From an uncultured delta proteobacterium (GTDB lineage Bacteria; Myxococcota_A; Polyangia; Haliangiales; Haliangiaceae), in assembly GCA_963848295.1 (NCBI GenBank), contig CAWKDB010000010.1:3968001-4032000 (forward strand): a stretch of 64,000 nt of DNA, in the 5' to 3' direction. Position numbers and translations under genes: made by a program. The first letter of the stretch is position 1. The number at the start of each line of letters is the position of its first letter. The notes beneath the pieces were generated by a model, which was given only the letters and a program-made list of their open reading frames with translations, did no database searches and was not told where the DNA came from. Positions 43,590 to 56,646 of the stretch are shown here, piece by piece.

Positions 43590-44739
43590 CGAGATACAGC
43601 GCGGCGACGCCGATCGACAACCCGAAGCATCCTCCCCACAGCACGCCGTGGCCGGCGTACTCCCAGATCCACGTGCCGAGCTTCGGCGCCGCGATCTGCG
43701 CGAGCCCCCACGCGAACACCATCGACGCCTGATAGCGGCCGCGCGCGTGCGTCGGCGCGAGCCCGGCCAGCACCGCGGACTTCGTCGGCGAGTCGAGGAT
43801 CTCGCCGGTCGTCCAGATCGCGACGGCCCCGAGGTGAGCGAGCGCGATCGGCGCGAGCCCGTGCGCGAGCATGCCCACGCCGTATAACAGCGACGCTCCG
43901 GCGAGCACGCGCGACGCGTCATGGCGCGCACTCCAGCGCGACAGCCGGGGCTGGAGCAGCACGATCAGCACGCCGTTACCGGCCATCACGAAGCCGTACG
44001 TCGACGGCGCGAAGCCCTGCCACGTCATGTGAGCCGACAGCGTCGCGCCGATCTGCAACATGATGAACGCGGTCGCGAAGCCGAGCAGCACGAGCAGCAA
44101 CAGCTGGGGATCGCGCAGCGGCGATTCGGCCGCCTCGACCTCCGGATCGCGCGCGGGTGGTGCGGCCGGGCGAGTCTCGGGCACGGAGAACGCGACGATC
44201 AGGCCGTACGCGGCGGTGGTCGCGGCGTCGAGATAGAACAATAGCTGGAAGTCGTGGTCCGCGACCAGGCCGCCGACCGCGGCTGCGGCGGCGAAGCCGA
44301 GGTTGACCGCCCAGTACAAGTACCCGAACGCGACCTGGCGCTGCGCCGGCTCGACGACGTCCGCGACGATCGCGGCGACCGCCGGCCGGTAGATCTCGCC
44401 GATGAAGCCCACCGCGATCACGAGCAGCCGGATCGCGAGCAGATCGCGCGCTTGCCCGAGCGCGACCATCGCGATCGAGCCGCCGAACAACGAGATCAGC
44501 AGCGCGGTGCGCCGGCCGACGCGATCCGCGAGTTGGCCCCCGACGATCGAGGCCGCGACCTGGCCGATGCCGAACCCCATCGCGACGCCGCCGGCTTCGG
44601 CCGCGTCGAGTCCGCGCTGCTTCATCAGATAGATGGTGAGCAGCGGCACGATGAAGCCGCCGAGCCGATTGACGAGCGTGCCCCACCACACCAGCCAATA
44701 CGTGCGCGGCAACCTCGCTGCGCGCAGCTCGCCGAGCAC
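43540..44739 (-). CDS. MFS transporter
   Basis: GGQLADRVGRR motif A; about 12 TMs; APTHARGRY. Confidence 0.85.
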   Translation of the reverse strand: MLGELRAARLPRTYWLVWWGTLVNRLGGFIVPLLTIYLMKQRGLDAAEAGGVAMGFGIGQVAASIVGGQLADRVGRRTALLISLFGGSIAMVALGQARDLLAIRLLVIAVGFIGEIYRPAVAAIVADVVEPAQRQVAFGYLYWAVNLGFAAAAAVGGLVADHDFQLLFYLDAATTAAYGLIVAFSVPETRPAAPPARDPEVEAAESPLRDPQLLLLVLLGFATAFIMLQIGATLSAHMTWQGFAPSTYGFVMAGNGVLIVLLQPRLSRWSARHDASRVLAGASLLYGVGMLAHGLAPIALAHLGAVAIWTTGEILDSPTKSAVLAGLAPTHARGRYQASMVFAWGLAQIAAPKLGTWIWEYAGHGVLWGGCFGLSIGVAALYLATGPSRRRRLAIATPP

Positions 44740-44741
44740 GG

Positions 44742-46353
<1,612 letters not shown>

Positions 46354-46407
46354 GACGGCGGAATCTACGGAATGCGCATCGACGACGCAACCCTGCTATG
46401 GTGAGGC

Positions 46408-46713
46408 GTGGCGAAACGGTTCGCGAGATGGTCGACGTTCGACCGCGCGGTCGCGGATCAGGTACGCGCGTCGCTATCATTGACGATCGCGGAGCGGCTG
46501 AGCAACGTGCAGAAGCTGCGTGAGGCACACTGGGGGCTATTTGGTGGAGCTCCAGTCGGAATGGAAAGAGTTTCTAGGTTTGCTGTCGCGCCATGGCGTC
46601 CGCTACGTGATCGTAGGCGGATTGGCGGTCGGAGCACACGGACGCGAACGCTACACGAAGGAGCTCGACGTTTTCGTCGCGTCGACCGAAGCGAACGCAC
46701 GTCGCATCGGTAA
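46408..46713 (+). CDS. Small hypothetical protein overlapping the nucleotidyltransferase (possible partner)
   Basis: SLTIAERL-type small protein directly upstream; -10-like TGCTATGGT. Confidence 0.35.
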   Translation: MAKRFARWSTFDRAVADQVRASLSLTIAERLSNVQKLREAHWGLFGGAPVGMERVSRFAVAPWRPLRDRRRIGGRSTRTRTLHEGARRFRRVDRSERTSHR

Positions 46714-47029
46714 GGTACTCGTCGACTTCGGGTTCCGAGCCACCTCGCGGGCATGGCGGCGGTTCACGAAGCCTTATCAGATTCTTATTCTTGGACGCGA
46801 ACCCAATCGGATCGACATCCTGACGAGCATCGCAGGCGTGACGTTCCCCGAGGTCTGGAAGCGCCGCAGGAGCGTGACCACCGAGATCGGAACGCTTCAG
46901 ATCATCGGACTGGATGACCTTCGCCGGAACAAGGCAGCGACCGGCCGGCCGATCGACCTCGCTGATCTTGCGCTTCTCGACGAGCTCCTGCTCGCTAGGC
47001 GTGCGAAGCCGCGCCCGAAGGCGAAGTGA
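46544..47029 (+). CDS. Pol-beta-superfamily nucleotidyltransferase (AbiEii/DUF6036-like)
   Basis: YVIVGGLAV..HG..RYTKELDV, RIDIL and NKAATGRPIDLADL motifs. Confidence 0.8.
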   Translation: MELQSEWKEFLGLLSRHGVRYVIVGGLAVGAHGRERYTKELDVFVASTEANARRIGKVLVDFGFRATSRAWRRFTKPYQILILGREPNRIDILTSIAGVTFPEVWKRRRSVTTEIGTLQIIGLDDLRRNKAATGRPIDLADLALLDELLLARRAKPRPKAK

Positions 47030-47130
47030 CGGGCCGCTACGGCGTCGGGTGCGCGCGCTCGTAGCGGGCGCGCGAGCAATGCCACACTTGCCGATGGCAC
47101 GGGCCCGAGCTTGGGTTACGTTCTCACCGC

Positions 47131-47709
47131 ATGCCACCGCGTCTCGGGACGAGCAAGCTGGTGACGCGCTGGATCGTCGTGACGATCGCCGCCTCGATCA
47201 TCGCGGCGGTCGACGGCGGTTGGCTCGCGAGCTGGGCCGCGCTCGCGCCGACTCGGATCTGGCACGGCGAGGTGTGGCGGCTGGTGACGTGGCCGTTCGT
47301 CGAGCCCGGGCCGATGTCGCTCGTCTTGACCTGCGCCGCGATCTACAAGTTCGGCGGCGAGCTCGCGGTGCGCTGGGGCGATCGCCGATTGCGGCGGTTC
47401 GCGACTCAGATCATCGTCGGCGCGGCGCTCGCGACCTCGGTCGGCGCGCTCGTGTTCCGCGGCGGCTACGTGATGCGGCTCGGTGGCTGGGCGGTCGGCG
47501 ACATGCTCGTGATCGCGTGGGCTCGGCAGTTTCCGCAAGCCGCGCTCCAGCTCTACGGCATGGTGACGTTGCGCGGTCGGGATCTCGTCGCGATCACGGT
47601 CGGCACCGCGGTGCTGTTCGCGATCTTCTATGGACCGATCGCGATGGCGCCCGAGCTCGTCGCGTGCGTTGCCGCAGCCCTCTACCCGACGACGCTGTTG
47701 CGGGGGTAG
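47131..47709 (+). CDS. Rhomboid-like/DUF1751 membrane protein
   Basis: GEVWRLVTWPF and FGGELA.RWG motifs; multiple TMs; no GxS catalytic motif. Confidence 0.7.
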   Translation: MPPRLGTSKLVTRWIVVTIAASIIAAVDGGWLASWAALAPTRIWHGEVWRLVTWPFVEPGPMSLVLTCAAIYKFGGELAVRWGDRRLRRFATQIIVGAALATSVGALVFRGGYVMRLGGWAVGDMLVIAWARQFPQAALQLYGMVTLRGRDLVAITVGTAVLFAIFYGPIAMAPELVACVAAALYPTTLLRG

Positions 47710-47726
47710 ACGCGCCGTGCAGGCGC

Positions 47727-49493
<1,767 letters not shown>

Positions 49494-49499
49494 GACAAG

Positions 49500-51149
49500 C
49501 TACCCGCGTCGACCCGACTTGGGCACCGTTCGTCCTCGAGTGTACACGAAGTAGGCATCGGATCCGGGTCCAAAGTCGAACAGGATCGGGTCCGCGCAGT
49601 CGTCGATACCGACCGCGACCGCCTCGCTGCCGACGGCAAACGCGATGTGGCCGGTCGCCTGGGTACCGTTGTTGATACGAACGTGGGCGATTTCTTGCGC
49701 GCGGGGCGTCACCAAGGCGACGTCGCTCGCGCGATCGATCTGCACCGCAGGCGAGGGTCGACCGCCGAGCGGCGCGACGAAACAGGTGAGGCCTTTGACA
49801 TGAACGACGCGCGCGCCGCCCGGACCCGCGATCAGCGTGATCCGCAGCTTCGTGCCGTGCGGGCCGACCAGATCGATCGTGTTGTTCGCGATCATCGCGA
49901 AGTGGACGCGGCGATCGCCGATCTGCTGCGGGCCCTCCCCGAGCGCGAGTCGGCGCGGCGTCATGCCTCCGAGGATCGGCGCGGCGGTCGTCATCCACGG
50001 CTGGGTAGCGGGCGCCTTGTAGATCGGCGGCGCGGAATCGGGGATCACCGGCGGCGTCGGCGCTGTCGCGGCCGCGACCGCAGGCGGCACGTCGTAGACC
50101 CGCGCGTGGTGGCTCGCGGGCGGCAGCGATGCGACCGGATTCGTCGGCGTCAATGGAGTCAGCTCGGACTCGTGCCGCTTCATCACCGGCGACGTCAGCA
50201 GCTCGGCTTGCTCGTCGGTCGACGGCTCGATCCCCGCCGCCAGCTCCGCGGCGAGCTCGTCGATCCGCGCGAGTCGCTTCTTCGGATCGAACGCGAGCGC
50301 GCGGATCAGCGCATCGACGACGATCTTCGGCACCCCGATCGGGTTGAGCGTCTCGCGCACGAGCTCGTCGGCGTGACGCCGCTTCTTGTAGCCGGCGTAG
50401 ACGTCCTCGTCGGCGAAGATCGCCCTGCTCGACAACATGTAGATCGCGACGCACGCGAGCGAATAGATGTCGGTCGCCGGGCTGACCGGCTGACCTGCGA
50501 GCTGTTCGGGCGCGGCCCAGCTCGGCGAATACATCGCGAGCTTCTGACCGGCGACGATCGCGGTGTCCTCGGCGCGCTGGCCGGAGTCCTCGGTGTCGGC
50601 GCTCCACTTCGCGATGCCGAAGTCGGCGAGCTTCGGCAGCCGGTTGCCGCCGACCGCGCCGAACAAGATGTTCTGCGGCTTGATATCGCGATGGACGATG
50701 CCGAGCGCATGGGCTTCGGCGAGCGCCGAGCACATCGCGCCGATCACGCGCACCGTCTCCTGCAGCGGCTGCTTGCCCTGCTCGCGGATCACGTTCGACA
50801 GCGTGCCGCCGTTCATGAACTCGCACACCTGGAGCGGCATGCCGTCGGCGTCCTTGAGGCCGATGTGGCCGAAGTCGTAGATCCGCAGCGTGTTCGGATG
50901 GGTCAGCCGCGACAGCGCGAACGCCTCCTGCACGAAGTGCTCGTAGCTCGTGCGGCCTACGCCGGAGCCGCCGCCGAGCCCACTGAACACCTTGATGCAC
51001 ACCGGCCGCGACAATCGCTCGTCGTTGCCCTTGTAGACGACGCTGTGGCCACCGGATCCGATCTGTTCGACCACGCGATAGCGATCGAGGACGATGTCCC
51101 CGAGCTTGATTTCCGGGGCCTTTCCCGGCGCCTTGGGCGCGCTGGCCAT
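49500..51149 (-). CDS. Cytoplasmic Ser/Thr kinase with a beta-rich C-domain
   Basis: GSGGHS, CIK, HRDIKPQN, DFG, WAAPE and TDIYSL motifs. Confidence 0.88.
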   Translation of the reverse strand: MASAPKAPGKAPEIKLGDIVLDRYRVVEQIGSGGHSVVYKGNDERLSRPVCIKVFSGLGGGSGVGRTSYEHFVQEAFALSRLTHPNTLRIYDFGHIGLKDADGMPLQVCEFMNGGTLSNVIREQGKQPLQETVRVIGAMCSALAEAHALGIVHRDIKPQNILFGAVGGNRLPKLADFGIAKWSADTEDSGQRAEDTAIVAGQKLAMYSPSWAAPEQLAGQPVSPATDIYSLACVAIYMLSSRAIFADEDVYAGYKKRRHADELVRETLNPIGVPKIVVDALIRALAFDPKKRLARIDELAAELAAGIEPSTDEQAELLTSPVMKRHESELTPLTPTNPVASLPPASHHARVYDVPPAVAAATAPTPPVIPDSAPPIYKAPATQPWMTTAAPILGGMTPRRLALGEGPQQIGDRRVHFAMIANNTIDLVGPHGTKLRITLIAGPGGARVVHVKGLTCFVAPLGGRPSPAVQIDRASDVALVTPRAQEIAHVRINNGTQATGHIAFAVGSEAVAVGIDDCADPILFDFGPGSDAYFVYTRGRTVPKSGRRG

Positions 51150-51166
51150 CGCGGCATCGTAGCACC

Positions 51167-53857
51167 CTACTGCGGTGTCAGTAGCTGCGACGACCCGGGC
51201 GTGACTTGCGCCGGCTCGTCGAAGCCGAGCTGGGACGCGGTCGCGCCGGCATAGTCCTCGACGCCGATCGTCGCATCGCCACCGGTGTCGGTCTGACTCG
51301 CATCCCACACGAGCTCGATCGTGCCGGTCGCCGCGGTGAGGATCGCTTGCGCCGCGACGATCGCGCCGGTCGTCGCCTGCGTGCCGCGCCATTGCACGAC
51401 GATCTTGCCGCCGCCGGTCTTCGTGCAGACCTGGACGTTCGCGAGATCGGTCCACAACGGCGCGACGATCGCACGCGGTGGTGATGCGGTGGGCAGCGCG
51501 GCGTTCGCGCGCTGCGCGAGCTGGATCGACGTGTCGAACGTCAGGAACCCGTTCGTCGAGATCACGAACGCGCCGGCGTTATCGCCGTAGTACGGAAAGC
51601 CCGCCGGCACGTTGATCGGATTCGACAGGCCTTCGTCGTCGGGCGAGCCGGACGGACCGGCGTCCGCGTGCATCGCGATGATCGAGCCGCCGGCGCCGCA
51701 CGCGTCGACAAACGGCGTGGCACCGGCCTCTGCGAAGTACGAGCCGGCGACCGTAGGCATCACGGTCAGCGCATAGTCGCCGGACGTCGTCGCATTCGCG
51801 CCCGTGACCTCGAACGCGGTCCACCCGGTGTGGCGCGCCGCGAACGTGCCGGTCTCGGCCCCGCCGGTGCCGGCTTTGTCGAGCGTGACTTGCGCGGTCT
51901 CGTCGGCGTTGAGGTTGACGAGCTCGACGTCGGCGGTGGCTGGCGTCGCGGTCGTGATCACTCGATCGCCGTCGGCCGAGTGCGCCAGGTAGCGGTTCTT
52001 GCCGCCGGCCGCGAGCGTCTCGGTGCCGAGCGTCACGGTCGTGTCGGTGTCGATCGCGCCGAGGTCGGTATAGGTCTGTGGTGCGAAGTCGAGCTCGAGC
52101 GCGCGTCCTGCGACCCCGGCACGGGTGTTGACCTTGACGAGATAGCTCGTCGTCGAGTCGTCGAGCACGATCCGGCCGCGTGGGCCGCCGGTCTCCGCGA
52201 ACGTGTCGACGAAGATCGCCAGCGGATCGGCGGCGACGAGCGCGTTGGTCGCGCCGCCGATCGCGGCTTCGTCGACCGTGAGCGAATCGAGCCGCCCGTA
52301 CGCGGTGGCGGGATCGAAGAACGTCGCGATCAGCGCGAGCGTGTTCGAGCCGGTCGCGTCGAACAGCTGCCATGGCGCGCCGCTCGCGTCGTAGGTGTAG
52401 GGATTCGAGGAGTACACGTTCGTCACATCGTCGAGCGGTACCCCGCTCGTGATGGTCAGCGCCGCGACGGGCGCGAGCCGCGACGTCACGCGATACGTCG
52501 AGACGCCCGCGGTCCCGGCCGGATCGTACGCGACCACGTAGTAGCGACCGGGCGCGGCGAATCGCAGCAACCCGTGATACGAGCGCGCGGTGTCGCCGAC
52601 CGGCGAGCCGTCGTGCCACGTGAACGCGCTCACGACCGCGAACCGGCCGTCGACGATCGCGAAGTCGATGCCGCGATCGAACGCGAGCGCGAGACCATCG
52701 ATCTCGTCGGCCGCGGCGACGTCGAAGTACAGCGGCGTGAAGTCGCTGATCGCGGTCGGGCTCGTGCTCGAGTCGGTGATCGTGACCGAGCTTCCGTCAG
52801 TCGGCAGCGCGAGCGCGTCGTGCGACGTCAGGGTCAGCGTGAACTGGCCCGGGTCGTACGCGGTGCTGACCTCGACATCGACGACGACGACCGGCGTGCT
52901 CGCCGGAGACACGCCACCGAACGTCGCCGTTGCGGGCGAGCCATTCGCGACCGCCTCGAGCACATTGTCGTTCATCGCGATCACCGACGGGGTCACGGTG
53001 CCGGGCTCGGCGGTCACCGCGATGTCGTCGAACCCCGAGCCGAGCGCGGTCGTGTAGAACTGCACCATCGACGTCGAGCCCGCGGTCGCGGCGACCCCGC
53101 CCGATACTGCGAGCTGGATCGGCGCCGGAATCGCGAGCTGGCTGATCGCGACGTAGTACTCGGCGGCTTGGCCGTCGTCGCCCGACACGACCGGGAACCC
53201 GGTGCCACCGGTGACGATCGGCAACAGCGTGCGCGACGCGGTGACCGCGAGCACGTACGTCCCCGCCTCGGGCACGAACAGCTGGCGCGTCGAGGTATCG
53301 CCGCCGAGATTGATCCCGAACCGGTGCCACGACGCGACCGGATCGCCCGCTGCCGAGGTCTGCACGAACGACACGAACCCGGCATCGAGCCCGTGCAAGC
53401 CGACCGCCGAGATCGACAACAACGTCGGGCTCGTGATCGTCACGAGATACGAGTCGACGTCCGGATCGATCTGGCCATCGCCGTCGGCGTCTTCGAACGG
53501 CACGATCGTGCCGTGCAACACGAACGCGTTGCCGATCGGCTTCAACGCGACCAGCCCCGCTGGATTCGCGCTCGGTTCGATCACGCCGAGCCCGTTCGGT
53601 TCCGGGCCCTCCTCGTCATCGATCGGCATCGAGGTCGGCACCACGCACTGGTCGCCGATCAACATCGTGCCATCCTGGCAAACGCTCGGATCGGGCATGC
53701 AGGTGTTGGTCAGCATGTCGAGCACGGTGCCGCTGCCGCACGTCGTCGCCGGCAAGCACTCACCGTCGGTGTCGATCGTGCCCGGGCCGCACGCTTCGGA
53801 GTTGTCGCCGCAACCGACCGCGACCAACGCCAGGACTCCAAGCAGGGGCTTTCGCAT
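51167..53857 (-). CDS. Large surface lipoprotein (Cys-rich N-terminus, PPC-like and NIDO-like regions)
   Basis: AVGC lipobox; CGPGT repeats; FPYYG..STNGFLTF..VAPLWTDL C-domain. Confidence 0.7.
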   Translation of the reverse strand: MRKPLLGVLALVAVGCGDNSEACGPGTIDTDGECLPATTCGSGTVLDMLTNTCMPDPSVCQDGTMLIGDQCVVPTSMPIDDEEGPEPNGLGVIEPSANPAGLVALKPIGNAFVLHGTIVPFEDADGDGQIDPDVDSYLVTITSPTLLSISAVGLHGLDAGFVSFVQTSAAGDPVASWHRFGINLGGDTSTRQLFVPEAGTYVLAVTASRTLLPIVTGGTGFPVVSGDDGQAAEYYVAISQLAIPAPIQLAVSGGVAATAGSTSMVQFYTTALGSGFDDIAVTAEPGTVTPSVIAMNDNVLEAVANGSPATATFGGVSPASTPVVVVDVEVSTAYDPGQFTLTLTSHDALALPTDGSSVTITDSSTSPTAISDFTPLYFDVAAADEIDGLALAFDRGIDFAIVDGRFAVVSAFTWHDGSPVGDTARSYHGLLRFAAPGRYYVVAYDPAGTAGVSTYRVTSRLAPVAALTITSGVPLDDVTNVYSSNPYTYDASGAPWQLFDATGSNTLALIATFFDPATAYGRLDSLTVDEAAIGGATNALVAADPLAIFVDTFAETGGPRGRIVLDDSTTSYLVKVNTRAGVAGRALELDFAPQTYTDLGAIDTDTTVTLGTETLAAGGKNRYLAHSADGDRVITTATPATADVELVNLNADETAQVTLDKAGTGGAETGTFAARHTGWTAFEVTGANATTSGDYALTVMPTVAGSYFAEAGATPFVDACGAGGSIIAMHADAGPSGSPDDEGLSNPINVPAGFPYYGDNAGAFVISTNGFLTFDTSIQLAQRANAALPTASPPRAIVAPLWTDLANVQVCTKTGGGKIVVQWRGTQATTGAIVAAQAILTAATGTIELVWDASQTDTGGDATIGVEDYAGATASQLGFDEPAQVTPGSSQLLTPQ

Positions 53858-53934
53858 CCAGCGTAATGATCGGCGCGCGCATGCGACCGGGTCAAGCTTG
53901 GTCGGGCGGGGAGCGCCGTGCTATTTCACTAAGT

Positions 53935-54492
53935 GTGAGCCGCAGCCACCTCATCCTCGTCGCCGTCGCGGTCGGCGTCCTGGGGTTCGGCATGTATCTG
54001 CTCCATGCCGTGCGCGCATCGCCCGCAGCCGTGACCGCCGTCACCGGGGACCAGCCGCCGCCGCGGCCGGCCGTGCGCGACACGGCGCCGAAAATGCCCG
54101 ATTCCGCTCGCCCGACCATCGGCGCTCACTCCGGCGGGTTGACCGGCAGCCGGAGCCCGATGGCGCCGCGCCCTGCGGACCCCGAGCATCCCCCGCTGCA
54201 TCCGACGGTCGATCCGACGAAGCCCCACCCGAACCTCGAAGCGATGATGGACGAGGCGAACAAGCAATACGACGCGCAGGAGTACGACCAGGCCACGGCG
54301 TTGGCCAACAAGGTGCTCGAGTCGTTGCCCGGCAACGTGCGGATGATGCGGATCTTGGTGTCGTCGTACTGCGCCGATAGCGACCAAGAGAAGGCACAAG
54401 CGATCTACGTCCAGCTGCCGAAGCGCGACCGCGAGCAGATGAAGGTTCGCTGCGAGCGCTCCGGCGTCAGCTTTACCGACCCCCCGGAGTAG
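53935..54492 (+). CDS. Membrane-anchored TPR-like hypothetical protein
   Basis: N-terminal TM, Pro linker and helical C-domain with two Cys. Confidence 0.6.
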   Translation: MSRSHLILVAVAVGVLGFGMYLLHAVRASPAAVTAVTGDQPPPRPAVRDTAPKMPDSARPTIGAHSGGLTGSRSPMAPRPADPEHPPLHPTVDPTKPHPNLEAMMDEANKQYDAQEYDQATALANKVLESLPGNVRMMRILVSSYCADSDQEKAQAIYVQLPKRDREQMKVRCERSGVSFTDPPE

Positions 54493-54517
54493 TCGGCGTG
54501 TGGTACAGGACACTGCG

Positions 54518-54955
54518 ATGTCGCTTACCCTAGTCGATCAGTTAGCGAAGGAACCGAAGCGCCCGGTGGTCGTCGGCGAGTGTGTCGATCTGATCGACGC
54601 GCAGGTGAAGCAAAAGGGCTTCATGGTCAAGAGCGCCTATGCCACGGTCAAGGCGCTCAAGAAGAAGTTCGTCCCCGAGGTCGTCGACGCCCTGCTCGAT
54701 GAATGGCTCGGCAAGATCCAGCCGCACTACGAGAAGTGGGAAGGTCAGAAGACGAGCACGTTCTCGGACTACATCATCGCGCGATCAGACGATGTCGCCG
54801 AGGATCTGCTGTCGGTCACCGACGGGCGCGCCGAGAAGACGACGCACACGACCGCGAAGAAGGTCTACCTGCGGATGCGCGACTCGGCGAAGCGCAACGT
54901 GGTCGAGGCGATTCCCGACTTAGCGCGGATGATCGAGAAGCACCTGACCGCGTAG
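54518..54955 (+). CDS. DUF6918-like helical protein
   Basis: VKSAYATVK, LLSVTDGRAE and YLRMRDSAKRNVVEAIP pattern. Confidence 0.6.
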   Translation: MSLTLVDQLAKEPKRPVVVGECVDLIDAQVKQKGFMVKSAYATVKALKKKFVPEVVDALLDEWLGKIQPHYEKWEGQKTSTFSDYIIARSDDVAEDLLSVTDGRAEKTTHTTAKKVYLRMRDSAKRNVVEAIPDLARMIEKHLTA

Positions 54956-54957
54956 CG

Positions 54958-56583
54958 TCACTTATCGGGCTGGATGCCGGTGCGTTGGGCGTTGCCGCCC
55001 CACATCGACCAGCCGGTGAGCGACGGGTCGCCGGTGTTGACCGCGACGAGCCGGCCGTCATCGGTGCCGACGTAGATCCAACCGTCGGCAACCACCGGCT
55101 GCGAGCGCAGCGTGCCGCCGACCTCCCACTTGTTCTCGACCGCGCCGGTCGTCGGGTCGATCTCGAGCAGGGTGCCGTGGAGCGTCGCGACGATCAGGTG
55201 ACTGCCGGCCGCGATCGGAGGCGCGGCGAGAGCGCCGCCTTCCTTCGCGATGTCGCCGTCGAGCTTGTGCGACCACAGCTGCTTGCCGTCGTCGGGGTTC
55301 GTCGCGACCACCTCGTCGCCCATCGTGTTCACGTTCTCGTTCGACAGGTGGAGGATGCGAGAGCCCTGGAATTGCTGGATCGTCGCGACGTTGGATTGAC
55401 CGACTTGCGCGTTCGCGATGTCGGGGGCGGCGGACACAGGCGCGCCACCCGCGAAGCCGTTGCTGGCGTCGGAGCTCATCGCCCTGTCCTTCATCGCGGC
55501 GTGCGCCTGCACCTTGTGATCGAGATACGCGGCCGACTTCGCCGCGGTCGAGTACCTCTCGACCGGCTCGTTGTGATCGGTGCGCACGATCTGCTCGCTC
55601 GGCGCGGGCGCGGCTGCGTCGCCCTTCGCCATGGTACGACCGGCCGGGGTCGCCGCCGGGCGCGCCGCGATCATCTGATCGGCGCGGCGCGTGTAGTACA
55701 TCGACTCGAGGCCGGCGACGAACTGCACGACCGGCGCCGAGGTCGCGTGCGCCTTGCTCGCGTAGCGAATCTTGCCGGTGGCTTGTTCGAGCTTGATGAC
55801 GGTGCCGTTGAACGTCGACACGTAGAGGAACTCGCCGACCGCGACCGGCGCCGAGATCACATCGGCGTCGAGCCAGTCTTGCCACAGGACCTTGCCGGTC
55901 TTGAGATCGAACGCAGCGAGCACGTGGGTCGAATTCGGCGGACGCGGCTTCTTGCCCTCGACGCCGCCCGCCGGGTACGACGTGAACACGACGCCGTTCG
56001 CGATCGTGGGCGAGCTGGTCTGCGGGTCACCGAGGAACCATGCCCACCTGCGCTTGCCGGTCTCGGCATCGACCGCGAACACCGTGCAAGACTCGGTGTT
56101 GAACACGCACTCGCCGTCTTCGCACGCGCTCGACGACGGACCGTCGTCGCTGAGATCGAGGCCGAACGCTTGCTTGCCGGTCGTCGCCTCGTACGCGAAG
56201 AACTCGCGCGAGTTGAATCCGCCCGAGGTGTAGACCTTGCCCTTGTAGACCGCCGGCGTCGATACCGCCGAGCCGTTGCCGAACTTCACTTCATAGCCGG
56301 TCTTCGTCTTCGTCGCGGTTGGACCGCGTCGCGCCGACACCGTGCCGGCGTTGAACTTCGCGCTCGGCTTGCCGAACGCGTCGCCGTTCATCTTCTGCAG
56401 ATCGCGAGTGATGCTCTGGCTCTCTTTGTCGGTCGGCGCCTCGGGCGGCTTCGGCTTGGCCGTCGCTTGCGGCACCGGCGCGGTCTTCGCACCGTGCGGC
56501 GGCGGCGGTGGAGCGGCCGGGGTGGCGTGCGAGGAGTTACAAGCAGCTGCGAGCGCGAGAACGAGGGTCTGCCAGCGCGTCAT
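54958..56583 (-). CDS. PQQ-like (BamB-type) beta-propeller lipoprotein
   Basis: LAAAC lipobox; repeated AVDAETGKRRW and AFDLKTGKVLW blades; WSMWGGNAQRTG. Confidence 0.8.
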   Translation of the reverse strand: MTRWQTLVLALAAACNSSHATPAAPPPPPHGAKTAPVPQATAKPKPPEAPTDKESQSITRDLQKMNGDAFGKPSAKFNAGTVSARRGPTATKTKTGYEVKFGNGSAVSTPAVYKGKVYTSGGFNSREFFAYEATTGKQAFGLDLSDDGPSSSACEDGECVFNTESCTVFAVDAETGKRRWAWFLGDPQTSSPTIANGVVFTSYPAGGVEGKKPRPPNSTHVLAAFDLKTGKVLWQDWLDADVISAPVAVGEFLYVSTFNGTVIKLEQATGKIRYASKAHATSAPVVQFVAGLESMYYTRRADQMIAARPAATPAGRTMAKGDAAAPAPSEQIVRTDHNEPVERYSTAAKSAAYLDHKVQAHAAMKDRAMSSDASNGFAGGAPVSAAPDIANAQVGQSNVATIQQFQGSRILHLSNENVNTMGDEVVATNPDDGKQLWSHKLDGDIAKEGGALAAPPIAAGSHLIVATLHGTLLEIDPTTGAVENKWEVGGTLRSQPVVADGWIYVGTDDGRLVAVNTGDPSLTGWSMWGGNAQRTGIQPDK

Positions 56584-56646
56584 GCGCGTTCAACGCGCGG
56601 TGCGGCGCCGCGATCTACGCGCCTTGGAAATCCGTTACCGACGGGG

